Shown one piece after another: positions 50,707-52,004 of a stretch of 52,004 bases of DNA. The position numbers and the translations under genes are program-made. Source of the DNA: Actinomycetota bacterium (GTDB lineage: Bacteria > Actinomycetota > Geothermincolia > Fen-727 > Anoxymicrobiaceae). The notes beneath the pieces were generated by a model, which saw nothing but the letters and a program-made list of their open reading frames with translations, was not told the origin of the DNA and ran no database searches. Position 1 is the stretch's first letter; the number at the start of each line of letters is the position of its first letter. The DNA lies in assembly GCA_003154635.1 (NCBI GenBank), contig PMDX01000093.1, positions 250 through 52,253 of the forward strand, read 5' to 3'.

Positions 50707-51354
50707 ATGGGACTGTACACTGATAAAAGGAAGACGACGACCACCCCCGACGGGTATGAGCTGCTAACGCATGAGTCCGGCCCGATCGAGTACAAGTTCA
50801 ACTGGCACATGGGCCCGTTCTGGAGCAAGTACCTTGCCGCCATGCGCGACGAGGGAAAGATCCTGGGAGTGAAATGCCCCAAGTGTGGCATCGTCTACAT
50901 ACCGCCACGAGCGGTGTGCGGCCAGTGTTTCGTGGAGCCTAACGAGTGGGTAGAAGTCGGCCCCGAGGGGCTGCTCAAGGGCTTTACCGTCGTGAGGTTC
51001 CCTTACATCGACCCCAACACCGGACACCTCATGAAGGTGCCGTTCACCGCTGTCTGGATAACTCTGGACGGTGCCGACACCCGCATGATGCACTTCTGCA
51101 ATGAGTTGGACGAGCACAAGATGCGGGTCGGAATGCCCATGAAGGCAGTATTCGCCAAGAAGCCCCGCCCGACATCCATCCACGCGGTGGAACGCTTCGA
51201 CATCATCCCCGGAGGAAAGGTCGTTGAGGAGGTACACCCGCCGCGGATGGACGTTCCCATAAAGATGGAGCTTCCTACCAAGGCGACCGCAAAGCGCAAG
51301 GGTGCCGGCGCCAAGAAGGCTACCAAGAAAAAGGTAGCCGCCAAGAAAAAATAA
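50707..51354 (+). CDS. Zn-ribbon/OB-fold protein (DUF35 family) with Lys/Ala-rich C-terminal tail
   Basis: CPKCGIVYIPPRAVCGQCF plus an OB segment. The last ~26 aa are PTKATAKRKGAGAKKATKKKVAAKKK. RBS AGGGAGG. Confidence 0.85.
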   Translation: MGLYTDKRKTTTTPDGYELLTHESGPIEYKFNWHMGPFWSKYLAAMRDEGKILGVKCPKCGIVYIPPRAVCGQCFVEPNEWVEVGPEGLLKGFTVVRFPYIDPNTGHLMKVPFTAVWITLDGADTRMMHFCNELDEHKMRVGMPMKAVFAKKPRPTSIHAVERFDIIPGGKVVEEVHPPRMDVPIKMELPTKATAKRKGAGAKKATKKKVAAKKK

Positions 51355-51380
51355 CAGAACCTGAAAAGGTCATAGAACAA

Positions 51381-51409
51381 AAGAGCGGGGTCCTGACGGC
51401 CCCGCTCTT
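51381..51409 (+). terminator. rho-independent terminator-like hairpin
   Basis: AAGAGCGGGG (51381-51390), 9-nt loop, CCCCGCTCTT (51400-51409), followed by TCCTATTCC. It lies 27 nt after the operon's last stop. Confidence 0.6.
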
Positions 51410-51606
51410 TCCTATTCCCTTGAGACCCTGCATTCAAAAGAACAAGAAGACTGTGGTCTGTTTCTGCTTCTTGAGCCGGGTCTCTCAGGCCCGGGTCTCT
51501 TTCTTGGATTTGCGCCAGGGTAAGACTCGCGTTGAACAAGGGATCTGGCCTGACGACGTATGGTACGATATCCACAGAGCTCAAATTCAAGCAGGAGGGG
51601 ACACTG

Positions 51607-52004
51607 ATGAAGAAGGCAATCGTGGCGATGCTTGCGGTCTTCCTGGTCCTCGGAGCGGCAGCGCTGGTCGGCTGCGGTTCCAAGAGTATCAGCGTAAACA
51701 CCGACAAGGGCAGCCTGAACATCAACACCGACAAAGGCTCGGTTCAACTCAACACAAAGACGCCGACCGAAGCTCAGCTCGGAATGCCGATATACCCGGG
51801 TGCAAAGGCGTCGGCGAACTCATCGGCCTCTTACTCTCAGGGTGGGCAGGCCACCTCGGTGGCACAGTTCGTGACCACGGACTCCGTCGAGAAGGTCGTG
51901 GCCTGGTACAAGGAACAGCTCTCAGGCAAGCCCGAGTACAGGGACATGACGACGGTGCAGGGCGGTATAATCACTTTCCGGTCAGGTAACGACATCAAGA
52001 TGGC
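51607..52004 (+). CDS. lipoprotein, unknown function (partial; runs off window end)
   Basis: Own translation from the ATG at 51607, after AGGAGGGG: MKKAIVAMLAVFLVLGAAALVGCGSKSISVNTDKGSLNINTDKGSVQLNTK... The lipobox is LVGC. It is not in the track because there is no stop in the window. The track ORF 51420..51989 is in a different frame. Confidence 0.7.
   Translation, partial: MKKAIVAMLAVFLVLGAAALVGCGSKSISVNTDKGSLNINTDKGSVQLNTKTPTEAQLGMPIYPGAKASANSSASYSQGGQATSVAQFVTTDSVEKVVAWYKEQLSGKPEYRDMTTVQGGIITFRSGNDIKM

Noticed and set aside
51420-51989. 189-aa track ORF at the window end.
   Set aside because: It is in a different frame from the ORF starting at 51607. That ORF has an AGGAGGGG SD, a signal peptide and an LVGC lipobox. 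The track ORF's translation is Arg/Gly-rich with no features.
1-52004. CRISPR arrays, rRNA genes, insertion sequences, integrases/transposases, toxin-antitoxin pairs, recognisable phage-defence genes (nucleases, helicases, reverse transcriptases, STAND NTPases), and in-frame TGA/selenocysteine or programmed frameshift sites.
   Set aside because: Reading the intergenic regions and all track ORFs of at least 100 aa turned up no regularly spaced repeats, no rRNA-like conserved blocks and no such protein motifs. Absence by eye is not proof, and a profile search would be needed to exclude divergent members.

Overview
This 52-kb window comes from a high-GC bacterial chromosome with strong GGAGG-type Shine-Dalgarno sites, many GTG/TTG starts and tightly packed, often overlapping genes. 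I support about 50 protein-coding genes. I found no rRNA, intact tRNA, CRISPR array, transposase or integrase. All family names come from motifs I read in the translations; no database search was run.

Gene content by region:
- 1-16.6 kb: acyl-CoA and Fe-S metabolism. It holds a DUF362/ferredoxin protein, a nitroreductase, an alpha/beta hydrolase, a CoA-transferase::GNAT fusion, a GNAT, an AMP-forming acyl-CoA ligase, an MBL hydrolase, a 3-hydroxyacyl-CoA dehydrogenase and the alpha module of an ADP-forming acyl-CoA synthetase. Uncharacterised Cys-motif proteins are interspersed among them.
- 16.6-23.2 kb: small membrane proteins, an amidase, a K+ channel, a YihY/BrkB protein, a zinc-ribbon protein, a stand-alone E2-type acyltransferase domain and a methyltransferase.
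- 23.6-29.4 kb: a lower-GC segment. It carries a 952-aa secreted multidomain hydrolase, a methyltransferase, gene debris and an orphan tRNA 3' fragment.
- 28.8-34.9 kb: DUF3795, DUF2207, LemA, split UxaA, C_GCAxxG_C_C and cupin genes.
- 35.1-44.6 kb: a P-type ATPase, a GGDEF cyclase, a Cys-rich 4Fe-4S protein and a REC-PAS plus two-histidine-kinase cluster.
- 45.1-52.0 kb: an MprF-C-like protein, a PHP phosphoesterase, a DUF35/thiolase-like/thiolase-like/DUF35 operon and a partial lipoprotein.

The strongest candidates for undescribed biology:
1. The DUF35-flanked pair of thiolase-fold proteins. Both lack the nucleophilic Cys and the GHP histidine.
2. A translationally coupled operon of two paralogous, internally duplicated CxxC/V4R-like proteins with an orphan acyl-CoA synthetase alpha module.
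3. A CoA-transferase::Pat-type GNAT fusion next to an acyl-CoA ligase that carries a PX4GK acylation motif.
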